The position numbers were made by a program, and so were the translations under genes. The notes below the pieces were generated by a model, which saw only the letters and a program-made list of their open reading frames with translations, did not search any database and was not told the origin of the DNA. From assembly GCF_001194135.2 (NCBI RefSeq), contig NC_068982.1, forward strand, positions 18,590,006-18,654,005: a stretch of 64,000 nucleotides of DNA, in the 5' to 3' direction. The DNA comes from Octopus bimaculoides. Its lineage: Eukaryota. This document shows, in pieces, positions 13,819 to 27,384 of this stretch (within the stretch, counting starts at the first letter, position 1; every line of letters starts with the position of its first letter).

Positions 13819-15006
13819 TACATGATGTATACATATAGACAAATTCAAACACGTTTATGTAGGCGCTCATACACATACGCATACGCACACACAGAACTTC
13901 GTACATATGTGTGCATCTATCCATCGATGTAGGGCTCTCTGCACTGGCATGCGCGTCCTTGTGTGAGTATGATGCTGCTGAATTAGAGAGGTCGCTAATC
14001 CATATATGTATAAGTTATGTGTGGACATAGGCAGATAAAGGGATGGTCATTTGAGAAAGCTAATATATATAGTGACGTCAATACGTGTCAGCTCAAGTAG
14101 GATATTCTACTTCCAATACGTCTAGAGAAGATTAGATATTTTCTTCTACTGCCATCATCAATTCAAATCCTCGTTACTTTTCGTCATATAGGTTGCAGAT
14201 GTTATTTATTTAAAATAGTTTATATGAGCTCCGAAGATGGAAATTTGCCAAACGTCTGACATAGATAATTATTTCTTATCATGTTATTTTTGTAGAATTT
14301 ACTTGTTTTCGTCACCTGTTTCCAAATGGTTTCCTTCGATGCTTCAAATTTTCTTTGTTTTTCTTTGTTTTTCGTTTTACTTCTGTTTTTCTAACGATGG
14401 AAGACAGAAAGCAAATACAGATACACATGCTTACAAAAAACACACACGCACAAAAAACACATATTTATATATATATATATATATATATNNNNNNNNNNNN
14501 NNNNNNNNNNNNNNNNNNNNNNNNNNNNNNNNNNNNNNNNNNNNNNNNNNNNNNNNNNNNNNNNNNNNNNNNNNNNNNNNNNNNNNNNNNNNNNNNNNNN
14601 NNNNNNNNNNNNNNNNNNNNNNNNNNNNNNNNNNNNNNNNNNNNNNNNNNNNNNNNNNNNNNNNNNNNNNNNNNNNNNNNNNNNNNNNNNNNNNNNNNNN
14701 NNNNNNNNNNNNNNNNNNNNNNNNNNNNNNNNNNNNNNNNNNNNNNNNNNNNNNNNNNNNNNNNNNNNNNNNNNNNNNNNNNNNNNNNNNNNNNNNNNNN
14801 NNNNNNNNNNNNNNNNNNNNNNNNNNNNNNNNNNNNNNNNNNNNNNNNNNNNNNNNNNNNNNNNNNNNNNNNNNNNNNNNNNNNNNAAGGAGCCTGGATT
14901 AATCAAAATTCAAAATGTTAACTGTTAAACCATAAAAATATTCCCAGCATGCACTGTGTTTTTAATGCATGTAGCATCACTTTTGAAAATCATGTACTTG
15001 TTCGTG

Positions 15007-15388
15007 GTGGAGGCGCAATGGCCCAGTGGTTAGGGCAGCGGACTCGCGGTCATAGGATTGCGGTTTCGATTCCCAGATCGGGCGTTGTGAGTGTTTATTG
15101 AGCGAAAACACCTAAAAGCTCCACGAGGCTCTGGCAGGGGATGGTGGTGAACCCTGCTGTACTCTTTCACCACACTCTTACTTCCTGTTTCTGTTGTGTC
15201 TGTAATTCAAAGGGTCAGCCTTGTCACACTGTCACGCTGAATATATCCCCGAGAACTACGTTAAGGGTACACTTGTCTTTGGAGTGCTCAGCCACTTGCA
15301 CGTTAACTTCACGAGCAGGCTGTTCCGTTGATCGGATCAACTGGGACCCTCGACGTCGTAAGCGACGGAGTGCCAACACACACAACAC
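15007..15388 (+). mobile_element. Full-length tRNA-derived SINE (resembles octopus OR-type SINEs) with an 11 bp TSD
   Basis: A box tggcccagtgg, B box ggtttcgattcc, CA-rich tail, TSD acttgttcgtg at 14996-15006 and 15389-15399. The OR-type name is from memory and unverified. Confidence 0.9.
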
Positions 15389-15459
15389 ACTTGTTCGTGA
15401 TAGATAATCGCGGTGGGTCATGATTAGACAATACCCCTCGCCCAACCATATTGAAGGTA

Positions 15460-15666
15460 TAGGGTGTCCACAGTCTGGGTACATGGGGATTAACACATAC
15501 TTGAAGAAATTATTATTTCTTATATTTAATTGTTTAGGTTATGATTTTATTTACTCCATGTCTCAAAATGGGGATTAACACATACTTTAAGAAATTATTA
15601 TTTCTTATATTTAATTGTTTATATGATTTTATTTATTCCATGTTGCCAGACTCTGTGGACACCCTG
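15460..15666. mobile_element. Tc1/mariner-type MITE with an internal ~85 bp tandem duplication
   Basis: TIRs tagggtgtccacagtctgg / ccagactctgtggacaccctg (CAGGGTGTCC-type end), with TA on the left flank. The internal block atggggattaacacatact...tccatgt is present twice. Confidence 0.7.
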
Positions 15667-15714
15667 TCCAATTAAACGAATGATGTATTTTATTTTTGTT
15701 ATTTACAATAGAAG

Positions 15715-16060
15715 TGAATATGATCAAAGACTGCTGGTACTCCATCCCATGTAGTTCTGATAGGATATACAAAGGCGAAGCACGCTGCCCACTCAAAATA
15801 AGGGTAGAGGAACATCGTAAAGCAGTAACACGAGGAGATGCTGAAAACTCGGGTATAGATGATCATGCATAAACAGAGACTACTTTCCTCTGTAGGATGA
15901 AGTTAAAATAATAGACAGAGAATATCACCGGAAAATACGAAAACTGAAAGAGGCAGCACATATGCTAGGGCACAATAGCCTCCTAAGCAGACCTAGCGCA
16001 GATATGAGTAGAATATGGGAAGTGGTATTAAGGAACGATACAAACATATTAGGTTTATAA
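15715..16060 (+). mobile_element. Penelope-like element fragment, GIY-YIG endonuclease
   Basis: Translation WYSIPCSSDRIYKGEARCPLKIRVEEHRKAVTRGDAENSGIDDHA*, followed by DEVKIIDREYHRKIRKLKEAAHMLGHNSLLSRPS. Confidence 0.8.
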
Positions 16061-17520
16061 AGAGAGAAGAAAAAAGAATACCTCATTTCTAAAATATAGA
16101 ACAAAATGATGTATTTTAATGCATTTAACTTATTTATTTCCCAATAGGCCATTTGAGTTTCAAAACCCAATATCTAAAATCTGCAGTTGTCATGCGTATC
16201 TACGAATTTTCAACATATGTTGAACTAATGCTATTAAATTCATTCGAGATTATTCTCAATTCACGAACGTCATATTATTTTAAAATTAGTTTCTAAAAGA
16301 CAGTCCACTCAATCTCTAAGCTTTGCTCTCTCTGGGAGTAATAGCAGTTAAATGTATATCAACCTACATTCTAATCTCATTAACAAAAAAAAGAAAAAAA
16401 TGGGTACTTTGAATAAGATTTCACCCTAATTGTTTCTTTTGTATTGTGCACCCCAAAGTAATATTTGCTGAACTAGATGTAAGACAAACCGGATTATGCT
16501 TCTGAACATAGATGAAGAATCCATCGTTGGTATTGAAATTATGTATCTCATTTCAGCGCAGTATACCAAATACATGATTTGTTGCTAAAATATGTATTGA
16601 GATACATTAGTATAGTGAATGTGGCTCTTTTTCAGATCCTATTTTCGTATTCTTCTTCCTAATGCCTATAATTTTTTCAAGTATTAAAATGTATTGCTTT
16701 TTTCACGGAACACAACTAGCTCACAAGTTCGAAAACTAAATATATTTTCATAGGCTTCAAACACATCCAGAAGATAAGAGTACATCTCACCACTTCCCAC
16801 CTCCTACATCTCACCACTTCCCACCACTTCCACACATTCAAATATCCAGTGAATTGCAATAAATTCTTTAATGCATTGTAATCAAATTGGAATTGAGCAA
16901 TAAGCTCGGGAATGGCGATTCCTGCGTCTGCTGGGATTAATTCATTCTGTCACTGGTATTCGTGTTCGTGGTTGTAATTCATTTACTTTCAATACGTAGT
17001 TTGTCCCCTATTTTGTCTTGAAATCACCTCATCTAGTTATCTATATTGTTCTTGCCAATGGGATTACCGTCATAACTGACAGTTGCTTCTGAGGATGCCG
17101 GGCGGTGTGCACCCCTTCATCGTCGACGACTCAATGATGGCAGGTTGTTTCTGTTTGGAAGCAATTATTTGCTGGCAGTAAATAATAAAAAGATTTTACT
17201 GTAGAGAAAGGATTATCTAACACCATGTGAAATTACAACCTCGTTATCAAAAGGCTATTCCTTACATTCTGGGCATACGTCATTCATTAAATATCTAATT
17301 TAGAGCATTTTGTGCGAATGGTAGTTACCCCTTGATTTTTTAATGTTTTAATGTCTTTATTTCGATGTAAGACAAGTCCAGTTGAGTGCTATTTGAAATT
17401 AGAACTTTCGGTGCCGTAATAAGATACCGCATGTGTGATGTAATCATTAAAAAAAGAGAATACCCTAATATTTATTCCAATGCAATAAGAATCGATCACT
17501 GACAGGAACCAGGAACCTAC

Positions 17521-17577
17521 AACTCGACATAGTTGATTGAACTCGACACAGTTGATTGAACTCGACACAGTTGATTG
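17521..17577 (+). repeat. 19 bp minisatellite x3
   Basis: aactcgacacagttgattg repeated three times, with one substitution. Confidence 0.9.
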
Positions 17578-19954
17578 TCCGTTATTCAATCGCCCTCACT
17601 GGGATCTTAACTCATTATGTCACAAATGGTTGGAAATTTTCGCAAGACATTTATTTTGGTACACTAACGTCCTTACGAGTTAAACAACATTTTTGTTTAT
17701 TGAATGATTTGCTTTCCAGTTTTTAATTTTTTTTTTTTTTTTTTTTTTGTAATTTGCTCTTTCGATTTTAGAGATCTAAAGATCTGCAAGCAGGAAAAGT
17801 TTTTCCCCGCTCTTAACAGAGCACCGTTTTCTTTAATCCTTTAAATCTAACGTATTCTTTATAGATTTTTCCTTTTCAGACTGCAGTTTTATAAGAAGAC
17901 CTACGCAGTCTGTATTGATGTTTTACTCTCTAATGACTGCAGAACGTTTAAGAGAACAGGGAGATGTAATATGCGTCTATGTGTGTGTTGTGTATATATA
18001 TGAAAAGATACCCACGCAGTTTGGATTTTGTTTACTGAATACAGCATACAATTAATGAAAACCTAACAACAAAAGGAAAAAAGAAGAATAATATAACGCA
18101 AAAATTGAAAGGCTTTGATGGATGTTATTTTATTGAAGATTAGTCGATCGAAACCCATAACCTTTCTTCCGTAGTATAGCAAAGAAGATGTAAATGCCTG
18201 GATTTAATATCTTATTCTTGTGTACATCTAAGAGACGCGAGAGCAGCACTAATTACGTCAGCAAGTCTAATTTCATATCACAAACTTCTTGCTAACTCCA
18301 TTAACAACGATTGTTTAGATTTTTTAGTCGTTGACATGTTAAACTGACGCCAACACAGAATAAATTTGACAAAATAATTGAAGCAGTACCATTTTGTGTT
18401 GCCTCGCGTTTTCATTTTCATTCTTTTATCATGTTAAAATCAATATTAGCTGGTTAAATATTTCAGGAAAGCCAGTTGTAAAATAATAGAATTTAGAAAT
18501 GGTTGTCATGCAATTATTCAATACATTTTTTTCTATGTTTTTCAGAGCGGATTTTTATTTAAACAATCAATCAGTAAATGCATTAGTGAATACATGAAGC
18601 AAATGCAGACACCTAATAATTTTAGTCACATTATAAATTCAATATTGAATACTCTGCCAGTGGTATGGCAAATCTGATACCAATTTATCATACTAACGTA
18701 CTAGATAAGAGCGAAAAGTTAGCCACAATGTAATGGATCGATGCGACTGAAACAATATTGTCCCCAACCTCCCCACCCCCCAAAAAACGTCTCTAAGAAA
18801 GAGAACAAAAAATAATATAATTTGTCAACCTCTAAATTGAGGGGTGAGGGTCATAGTAAGATTGTGCCTAATCATAAGTCTATTCGATTTGGACTCAACT
18901 AAGGCGATATCTAAAAATCTTAACAATGCACCGAATTAACGAGCACAAACCATTAGCTTATTGATTCGTATTAAACAACAATTTTAATAAAACATGCTAC
19001 TAAAATTGCAGAGCTCGGTGAAACATCTAATTTTAATCCAGGTCATTAAAACGATTTAAAACACATTTGAACATTGCATGGCCTTAGTATTACTATCTAA
19101 TGATTAAACCAATTAAAAATAATGTCCTGCTTTGAAAAGAATCCAGCTGTTAGATACCTTTAAGATTTTCCTTCGAATCTTTGACGTTTTGTAATTCAAT
19201 AAGACAGAATTCAATACCCACTGCATAATTCTACGGTCTACCATTACGATATATCCACAATGGGGCTTTTCACAAATATTCTTGTTATCGACAGGAAATA
19301 AAGCAAAGCTCCGAAAAAATTTAAATATAATGGAATCAAGATATTCATACAAGAGAGTAAAAGTTTGGGATCCTTAGATTTCCGCTCTTAGTGTTTAATT
19401 TACCTGCACCCCAAATTATACCATCTTTGAACCGAATAGCTCAGCTGGTACGTACTCACACTTAGATGAGATGATATATGCTCTCAAGTTACATGTATTC
19501 CTCATATGTCCAATCCTTATATAGAGGCAAATACTGTTACTTGATCCAAATTACTATGTTATACTAAGAGATAATTCTAAATATAGTTTCCCTACACTAG
19601 TATGTCAGTCGCTATTTCTGCGTTTGAAACAGAGTAAGCACTTCGTTCTTATGTTCTTTCCGCGTCCATATCAATGCATCACATGCTGGTGTAGCCAAAA
19701 TATCTCTATATAGTGTGACGCGTAAAAACAGGTAACTGCTTGTAGTACAGCAGCAGATAAGACAATTAGACATCAAATGCGTTTGACGCCTTACACAGTA
19801 TCAGGAGGGAAATTTATCATCTTTTTCATAATTTGAGATCCATCATTTTTAGCGTTTGGTTTACTTACATATTCGGAAATTTATATCACTGGGTATATGC
19901 TGAGTTCTTCTTTATTAAATATTTCGCTCAGATGAACAAAGATAGTACTATTCA

Positions 19955-19960
<6 letters not shown>

Positions 19961-20046
<86 letters not shown>

Positions 20047-20160
20047 ATCTCTCTCTCTCTCTCTCCCTCTCTCTCCATCTCTCTCTTTCTCCATACACAC
20101 CGCACACATACACACATATACACGCACACACAAACACACACACACACACAGACACACAAC
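19961..20160. repeat. (CT)n and (CA)n compound microsatellite
   Basis: Directly visible. Confidence 0.95.
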
Positions 20161-21348
20161 TATAGAGCAAATTTACTTTTCATCCTTTAAGTCAATAAGC
20201 AACATACCAATTGTTTGCGGCATTTCATTTTCTCTCTCTCTCTCTCACTCTCTTTCGCTTTCTCTCTGTATTCCTCTCTCTCTCTCTCCGACGGACTCTG
20301 CCTGTGTGTCCTTCTCAACGAAATGTGTATCAATGTGACATGTTTTAAAATGCGCAGAAACTTAGCCGCTATATGAGGTCGGCATCCATTCGACTTTATG
20401 AAAGACTTGAGTGTGCTAGCAAGAGTATGTGTGTATGTATGTATGTATGTATATATATTTATATATATATATATACATACACACATACATACATAATACA
20501 TACATATATCTATGATTGTGCATGTGTAGAGCGTCTGGAGTATAAAGTCTGTTCGTGTAAGCATATGAAATGTAAAATTAAACAAATCCTGCCTATTTTA
20601 CTGGTGGTGGAAGGCACGATTTCCTCTAATAATTATATCTACTAACGTATAAATAACACTCACGAAATTAAGATGTTCTCATACATTCCAAGACAGATAA
20701 AAGTAGAATAGTTTTTCAAAGTAAATTCATTCTGAACGCTTACATTATATTCAGCGTTTATTTGTTATTGTACTGCTAGATATAACAGTCAAAACCATCA
20801 CAAATGACATCATATCGTCTTGACAACAGGATTGACCAGTGCTCCTTAGTCGTCCCGAAAGCAAATATATATTTCACCACCGTTTCGATCGATTAAAACT
20901 GATTAGGGGCTAAAACCAATGTGAGATTATTGGAGTCCCTACAAAAGCAGGCCGAGAAACCCACCTCCTACATATGTCTTACCGTGCTGATTATATTTTC
21001 CAGAGTTGCTACAATGTATTAATGCGCATAACTATACAAATACATAACACAGTTCACTTAATAACGAAGGTGCTGAACACACCCAAAAACAACATGGTCT
21101 TTTGAAGCGTAAACTTAATAGCACATCAAAGCAATACAATTCCTATGATCTGGTTTGAAGTTCATAATAACAAGCTAAAAATCGATAATAAGTAGATATA
21201 TGAAATAAAAATTCAAAAGCAGGATTTACATTGTAACTTGATGTTGGGGCAGTATTTCAGTGGTCCTCTGTTTCTTTGTGATTTGACATTTGAGTTATAC
21301 ATGAACATATATAGATATATGCGGGCGTGTATCTTTATATGTGTACTT

Positions 21349-21395
<47 letters not shown>

Positions 21396-21495
21396 TGCGT
21401 GTATGTGTGTGTGTGTATGTGTGTGTGTGTGAGTATGTATGTACGTATTTACGTTATTATAGTCTGTTATTTTCCTTCCTCGTGCTATATTATCG

Positions 21496-21539
<44 letters not shown>

Positions 21540-21654
21540 ATATATATTCTACATAATAAAAAGTTACACACGCAAATATCCATACACATATGTATATATG
21601 TATAGGTATATAATATATGTGTGTGTGTATGTGCGTCTTTGCTTATACATAAAA

Positions 21655-22020
21655 TCATAATTGACATTTACAATAAGCCAACGGATTCGAAACAATATCT
21701 TCTGTTTAGCTCATGCTAGCCAAGCACATCAAAAAGAATATCCCCTTTCATTTAGCAAAGAAGATTTTGTCTGATTGAAATACCCGGGACCTCCGTTTTC
21801 AAAACCTCAAAACAACGCCTACTGAGAGACAATATCCACTCTCACTCATAGACGATGGAATCAAGTGTGCCAAGAAATTAGGCAGTAAATCACTATGGGA
21901 AACAAAAGGCAGCACCACACCACATCTCAAAATACTACCACTTATATCAAGGCACCACCGTAGAAACAATAAGACATACAACTATATTGTACAAAATTTA
22001 GCTATGCTCACTAGGAATTA
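21655..22020 (+). mobile_element. Penelope-like element fragment, RT thumb region
   Basis: Translation YNKPTDSKQYLLFSSC*PKHIKKNIPFHLA...RDLRFQNLKT...ERQYPLSLIDDGIKCAKKL matches the PLE KPTD..QYL.F.S.HP.H.K.NIP motif. Confidence 0.8.
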
Positions 22021-24237
22021 AAAAATGAGGAGCATTCTAAAAACATTCTATAAAATATAAAAAAAAATATATTAAAATATGTAAACTGTGTGCATTTCAT
22101 CTCTTCTATTTTACATGTATATATACGTATGCATATGTATGTTTGTATGTATCTACGTAGGTATGCTTGTGTGAACTTATGCAGTAGTATTGAAAATTAA
22201 CTTTAGTATGCTATGGTTTCTTAATCCCCCAAATTATTTTTTTTAACATAAAACGCTTGATATTATTTCATTGAGTATACAATTCAAAAGTTTCACCAGG
22301 AAAATGAATGTGTAATCGTCTACCATTCTAGCAACTATAACAATAGTAATCCAACAAAAATGCCGGCCTTATATTTTCCTCATTTTTCGGAATGTTGAAT
22401 GTGATTGCAGACCTGAAAGATAACCAGTAAATAAAGTAATGGAGGAAGTGTGACATATGTAGACATATGTTTCTCTGTTACATTAAACGTATACATGACA
22501 ACAATTGTCTTCTCCAGCAGTCTTAGATATGCAAAAGGGAGATTGCATTTATGGCCAGGGTAATTAGCATATCTTTAAGATAAATAAGCTCAGAGAAATA
22601 ACTTACTGAGCAGGTATTTGAACATAGACAAATGAAATCGAATACGACAAAAAAGCTTCATTTATCAAGATTATTTTGAATCAGATAATTGTGAAACATC
22701 CTGTAGAAATTAAGACTAATAATAGAAAAACCGACTTTGCCACTTACTTGGAGAATGCGAGTATCAGCGAGTGTCAGAAATGATCACTACGCTAATGTAC
22801 AGAACTTTACTGTTACAGGAATGGAGAAAAACCTTTCATCCAAACAGAAACTCGCATCAAATCCTAGCCTCCTTTGATGTAAAAGAGGCTAGGAATTGAT
22901 GCACGTTAGTGATCATTTCTAGTAATTTTCGTAGTGATCATTTCTGGTAAAGCCATCATACTTGCACAATTCAAAGAAAGTAATTCCTTTAGTTCTAGCT
23001 CTATGCTATATTTGCTGTATACTTTTTTTGTTTATTGAGTAAGCTGTTCTCCATTCCTCCAGTGAAACCTTCAGAACAATGGCGGATCAGATGAATAGAA
23101 CTCAGAGTAATTTTTACAACATCATTAAAACTTGTATAATGACATATTTTGGTTGATGTCATATCTAATAGATATATCTGAAAGACTCAATTTCTTAGTA
23201 GGATTCTATATTGGAGTTTGTATGAAAGTATGTGAAGAAAGAAGGCAGAGCGGTACTAGAATTTTTGAAATCAAAGAAAATTCTAGTCGTATCATTCAGT
23301 AAGTAAGGGATTGAAATTTATGACTTATATTTGTCAATACAATCTGAGTTCTCTAAGTTTCTTGATACTGTGATATGCAATATATTTGTCTCTGTCATAT
23401 AAGGCGAATAAGTATTGCTTTGTACCACATTTGGCACGAAGTGTACATTTCAACAACACGTTTTTGCAATAGTTTGTCCTCGGTAGGATGTGAAGTTTCT
23501 GCACTGTTAATGTAATCATCCCCATTCCAACAAATTTTATCTGCGAACCAGAACAATCTGCATTATATTCATCTCCACTTAAACGTCGATGCTCTGACAG
23601 AACATCCACGTTTAAGTGGGGCTAAATACCATTTCTTAGTGTAAATAGTTCCTCTGTCGCTAATATATAATCTGATAAATGTTACCTCAGCAGATATGAG
23701 GTCTGTCCTAAGGCTGTGTCATGAACGATTACAACTAATAGTGATTCATAAAATTAATCTACTGTAGTTGCGGGGATATTTTGATGACCTCCTGTAAATA
23801 AAATGCGCAGGGAATAAGAACTAGTTGTAAAGGAAGACGGTTCTATAACCAACTGCCTAATATGGACAAAAATGTGCATCATTCCCCATCAGAATTTCTA
23901 TAGTGAATATTGATCTTCATTATCAGTCGTTCTGATTTTGTGTTGTGTACTATAATTACTCAGAGACGATCTTCGGATATGTGGAATAAATAAACTGTTA
24001 GAAAGCTGAGCTGTGTCTCAGAAAGTAAATGTCATATTACCTTGCTATAATTTGAAATTTCGAAAATTATTATTACGAGTTTCTTTCATACTGCAAGGCA
24101 TCCTATGCTTTTTAATCTCGTTGCTGTTATATAACGACTTCCAGTCGCATGAGGCGAATCAGAGTGTTTTAAATATTAACCTGTTTAACTTGTACTAAAT
24201 GTGTTGCGTGCCCTTTTCGTGTGTCCACTTACATGCC

Positions 24238-24313
24238 TCTATCTATCTATCTATCTATATATCTATCTATCTATCTATCTATCTATCCATCTATCCATCT
24301 ATCCGTCTATCTT

Positions 24314-24369
<56 letters not shown>

Positions 24370-24400
24370 CCTACCTACCTATCTGTCTATCTATCTATCT
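24238..24400. repeat. (TCTA)n microsatellite
   Basis: Directly visible. Similar GATA/TATC tracts occur at about 30770, 39960, 46010-46225 and 62837-62900. Confidence 0.95.
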
Positions 24401-24499
24401 ACATACACATATATATAATTGCATATATACACATACATACGTACATATGTATTTCTCCCATACCTAACACCGCAAATATTTTTCTTTTCCTCACAGACA

Positions 24500-24541
<42 letters not shown>

Positions 24542-25099
24542 CGCACGCAGGTGCATTCTCACATAGCCGCACCCACCTTAAGTTGACCGCGGGTGAACCT
24601 CCGTGCTTGAAACAAATATTTCTGTCAACGTATACCCAAATCAAACACACTTCATTTCATAATATCCATCTTTCTTCAAAGAGCTACAAACCTTGTATAT
24701 ATACGACTCTAAATGCTATCGCCAATATACCAGATATAATTTTTTTATTTCTGACATCATTTCTGAGAAACAAATAGTTTTTCTTAAGGGAATATAATAT
24801 ATAACTCTTGGTATCGGTAACAGCTGATTCCAGCTTTCATCTACTTACCATTCCCAAGAGCTACTCTAATGGATTTCAACCCTTAAATATATACAGGAAG
24901 CCATATAAATTATAGCAGCTCTAATATCAGTAATCTTGCCATAAATTATGAAACTTGTAAATCAGGAACCAACCTTTTAAACTGAAACCATTCTATGTGC
25001 TCCTAACATTCCATACCTGCACACTCACACACATTCAGTCACTCGCGCACAGAAACACACACACACACATATATATATACATGTGTAATTATATATGTG

Positions 25100-25137
<38 letters not shown>

Positions 25138-26699
25138 NNNNNNNNNNNNNNNNNNNNNNNNNNNNNNNNNNNNNNNNNNNNNNNNNNNNNNNNNNNNNNN
25201 NNNNNNNNNNNNNNNNNNNNNNNNNNNNNNNNNNNNNNNNNNNNNNNNNNNNNNNNNNNNNNNNNNNNNNNNNNNNNNNNNNNNNNNNNNNNNNNNNNNN
25301 NNNNNNNNNNNNNNNNNNNNNNNNNNNNNNNNNNNNNNNNNNNNNNNNNNNNNNNNNNNNNNNNNNNNNNNNNNNNNNNNNNNNNNNNNNNNNNNNNNNN
25401 NNNNNNNNNNNNNNNNNNNNNNNNNNNNNNNNNNNNNNNNNNNNNNNNNNNNNNNNNNNNNNNNNNNNNNNNNNNNNNNNNNNNNNNNNNNNNNNNNNNN
25501 NNNNNNNNNNNNNNNNNNNNNNNNNNNNNNNNNNNNNNNNNNNNNNNNNNNNNNNNNNNNNNNNNNNNNNNNNNNNNNNNNNNNNNNNNNNNNNNNNNNN
25601 NNNNNNNNNNNNNNNNNNNNNNNNNNNNNNNNNNNNNNNNNNNNNNNNNNNNNNNNNNNNNNNNNNNNNNNNNNNNNNNNNNNNNNNNNNNNNNNNNNNN
25701 NNNNNNNNNNNNNNNNNNNNNNNNNNNNNNNNNNNNNNNNNNNNNNNNNNNNNNNNNNNNNNNNNNNNNNNNNNNNNNNNNNNNNNNNNNNNNNNNNNNN
25801 NNNNNNNNNNNNNNNNNNNNNNNNNNNNNNNNNNNNNNNNNNNNNNNNNNNNNNNNNNNNNNNNNNNNNNNNNNNNNNNNNNNNNNNNNNNNNNNNNNNN
25901 NNNNNNNNNNNNNNNNNNNNNNNNNNNNNNNNNNNNNNNNNNNNNNNNNNNNNNNNNNNNNNNNNNNNNNNNNNNNNNNNNNNNNNNNNNNNNATATATA
26001 TGTATAAAATTCGTTAATGGTAAATTTAGGTGTATGAAAAAATAAAAGACCTATTTCATTATGACGGTTACTGCCTACCGATATGATGTAGGATAAATAT
26101 AATAATAGCAAGAATTCTAGGATAGAATTTTATAAATATTTAATACATCACTACCCACATTTCCGCAAATCTCACGATTTTAAAAGCAGAGTACGTCATC
26201 ATCATTGATTCATTTCATCCAGCGATCCTGCATCATTGGGTGAATCACAGAGGGATGTTTATCCCTTCTTGCCAGCATCAAAGCCAATCTAGCTATATTT
26301 CTGTATGTACTTAGTAGGGGGAGGTAGGTGATGGGAATCGTGGAAGGAACGGTAGTAATATGGGTGTGTGTGTGGTGCTTTTGTCTCATTTGCAATTCAT
26401 TCTGTGGATTTTGAGGTTGGTCATTCATTCAGCAGATTTAAGGATCGTAGTACATTTATATGTTTATTTCATTCAATACGTGATTCTCCTCAATAAATTC
26501 TGAACTCAACAGGTGGTCAGCTGCTATACAATGGCGTTTGTTGACCGACTTGATTAATACCACCCTTCGTATAGTGACTTATTCAATGTTTCTGCTGTTA
26601 TAGTGTGTATCATCTTAAAAATTGATATTTTCGTTTATATGTTTTGGTTGTTTCACTGTTCTGTAATTTGTTACTTTTTTTCAAAATTTTGTTTTTTTC

Positions 26700-27030
26700 A
26701 AATTCCATGAATGTTCCTATGCTTACATAATATGACCATCTCACGTTTTCCCTGGATGTGATTATTTCCAGGATTTCTTTAAGGCATATTCATGAGGCTC
26801 TGTTATATGGTGCAGCATTTTTTATAATGCACCAATGGGTTCTGTATTCAACTCTTTTCTGTTTTAGCTTCCAGTGAGGTTCGACACATATGCGGAGTAT
26901 ATTTAATTTATAATGGAAAACGATGAGAGATGGTTTCTCAGACGATTTTTCATGGTATCTGCAGTACTACCAATATACACATATTTCTGCGTAGTGAGAA
27001 ATCTATATTAATGTGTCCTACTTCTTAAAA
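26700..27030 (-). mobile_element. Penelope-like element fragment, GIY-YIG endonuclease
   Basis: Minus-strand translation KYVYIGSTADTMKNRLRNHLSSF, then after a frameshift HWKLKQKRVEYRTHWCIIKNAAPYNRAS*ICLKEILEII. Confidence 0.7.
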
Positions 27031-27384
27031 TTTCATGTATTTATGTGTGCAGCTGAAGATGACACTACATTTAAATTGATGTAATGATTGCGTTGTTCAA
27101 ATAGATGGGGTCGCTTGAAACAATCGTATAGCATCACTACTTGATATCCTGTTCCTTATTTTGATTATATTCACCTTACTTCGAGCTGTGTGGATAATAC
27201 CTGACTGACTTTGTGCTTCAAATTAAATACCTAATCCAACTCAATCTCAATTATTTCTTATATGGTTCTAGGTAAATTCCACCTCTGGAAGTTCCACTAC
27301 GGAAAATTCTACCAGATAAATTTCTCCATGGGTAAATTCCACCACAGTATTTTCCACCATGTTAAATTCCACCCATCGACAGAG

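Noticed and set aside
13215-14085. CCAAT box (about 13222) and CRE site TGACGTCA (about 14073) as a promoter
   Set aside because: Isolated short motifs with no linked transcript or first exon, consistent with chance.
12605-14260. Degenerate ctgatgaaggg...caaacc (12608) and ccgaagatgg...ccaaacgtc (14231) motifs
   Set aside because: They may be decayed PLE ends, but GAAA and stem I are broken, so they cannot be supported as ribozymes.
17030-17180. GC-rich island with exon-like boundaries on the minus strand
   Set aside because: Stops in all frames and no recognisable peptide. It could be a conserved non-coding element, which cannot be tested from sequence alone.
17521-17577. 19 bp direct repeats as a possible CRISPR-like array
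   Set aside because: The units are contiguous with no spacers, the genome is eukaryotic, and there are no cas genes. It is a simple minisatellite.
24851-24883. 33 nt phase-symmetric minus-strand micro-exon (GLKSIRVALGN)
   Set aside because: Too short, the acceptor is weak, and there is no homology or neighbouring exon.
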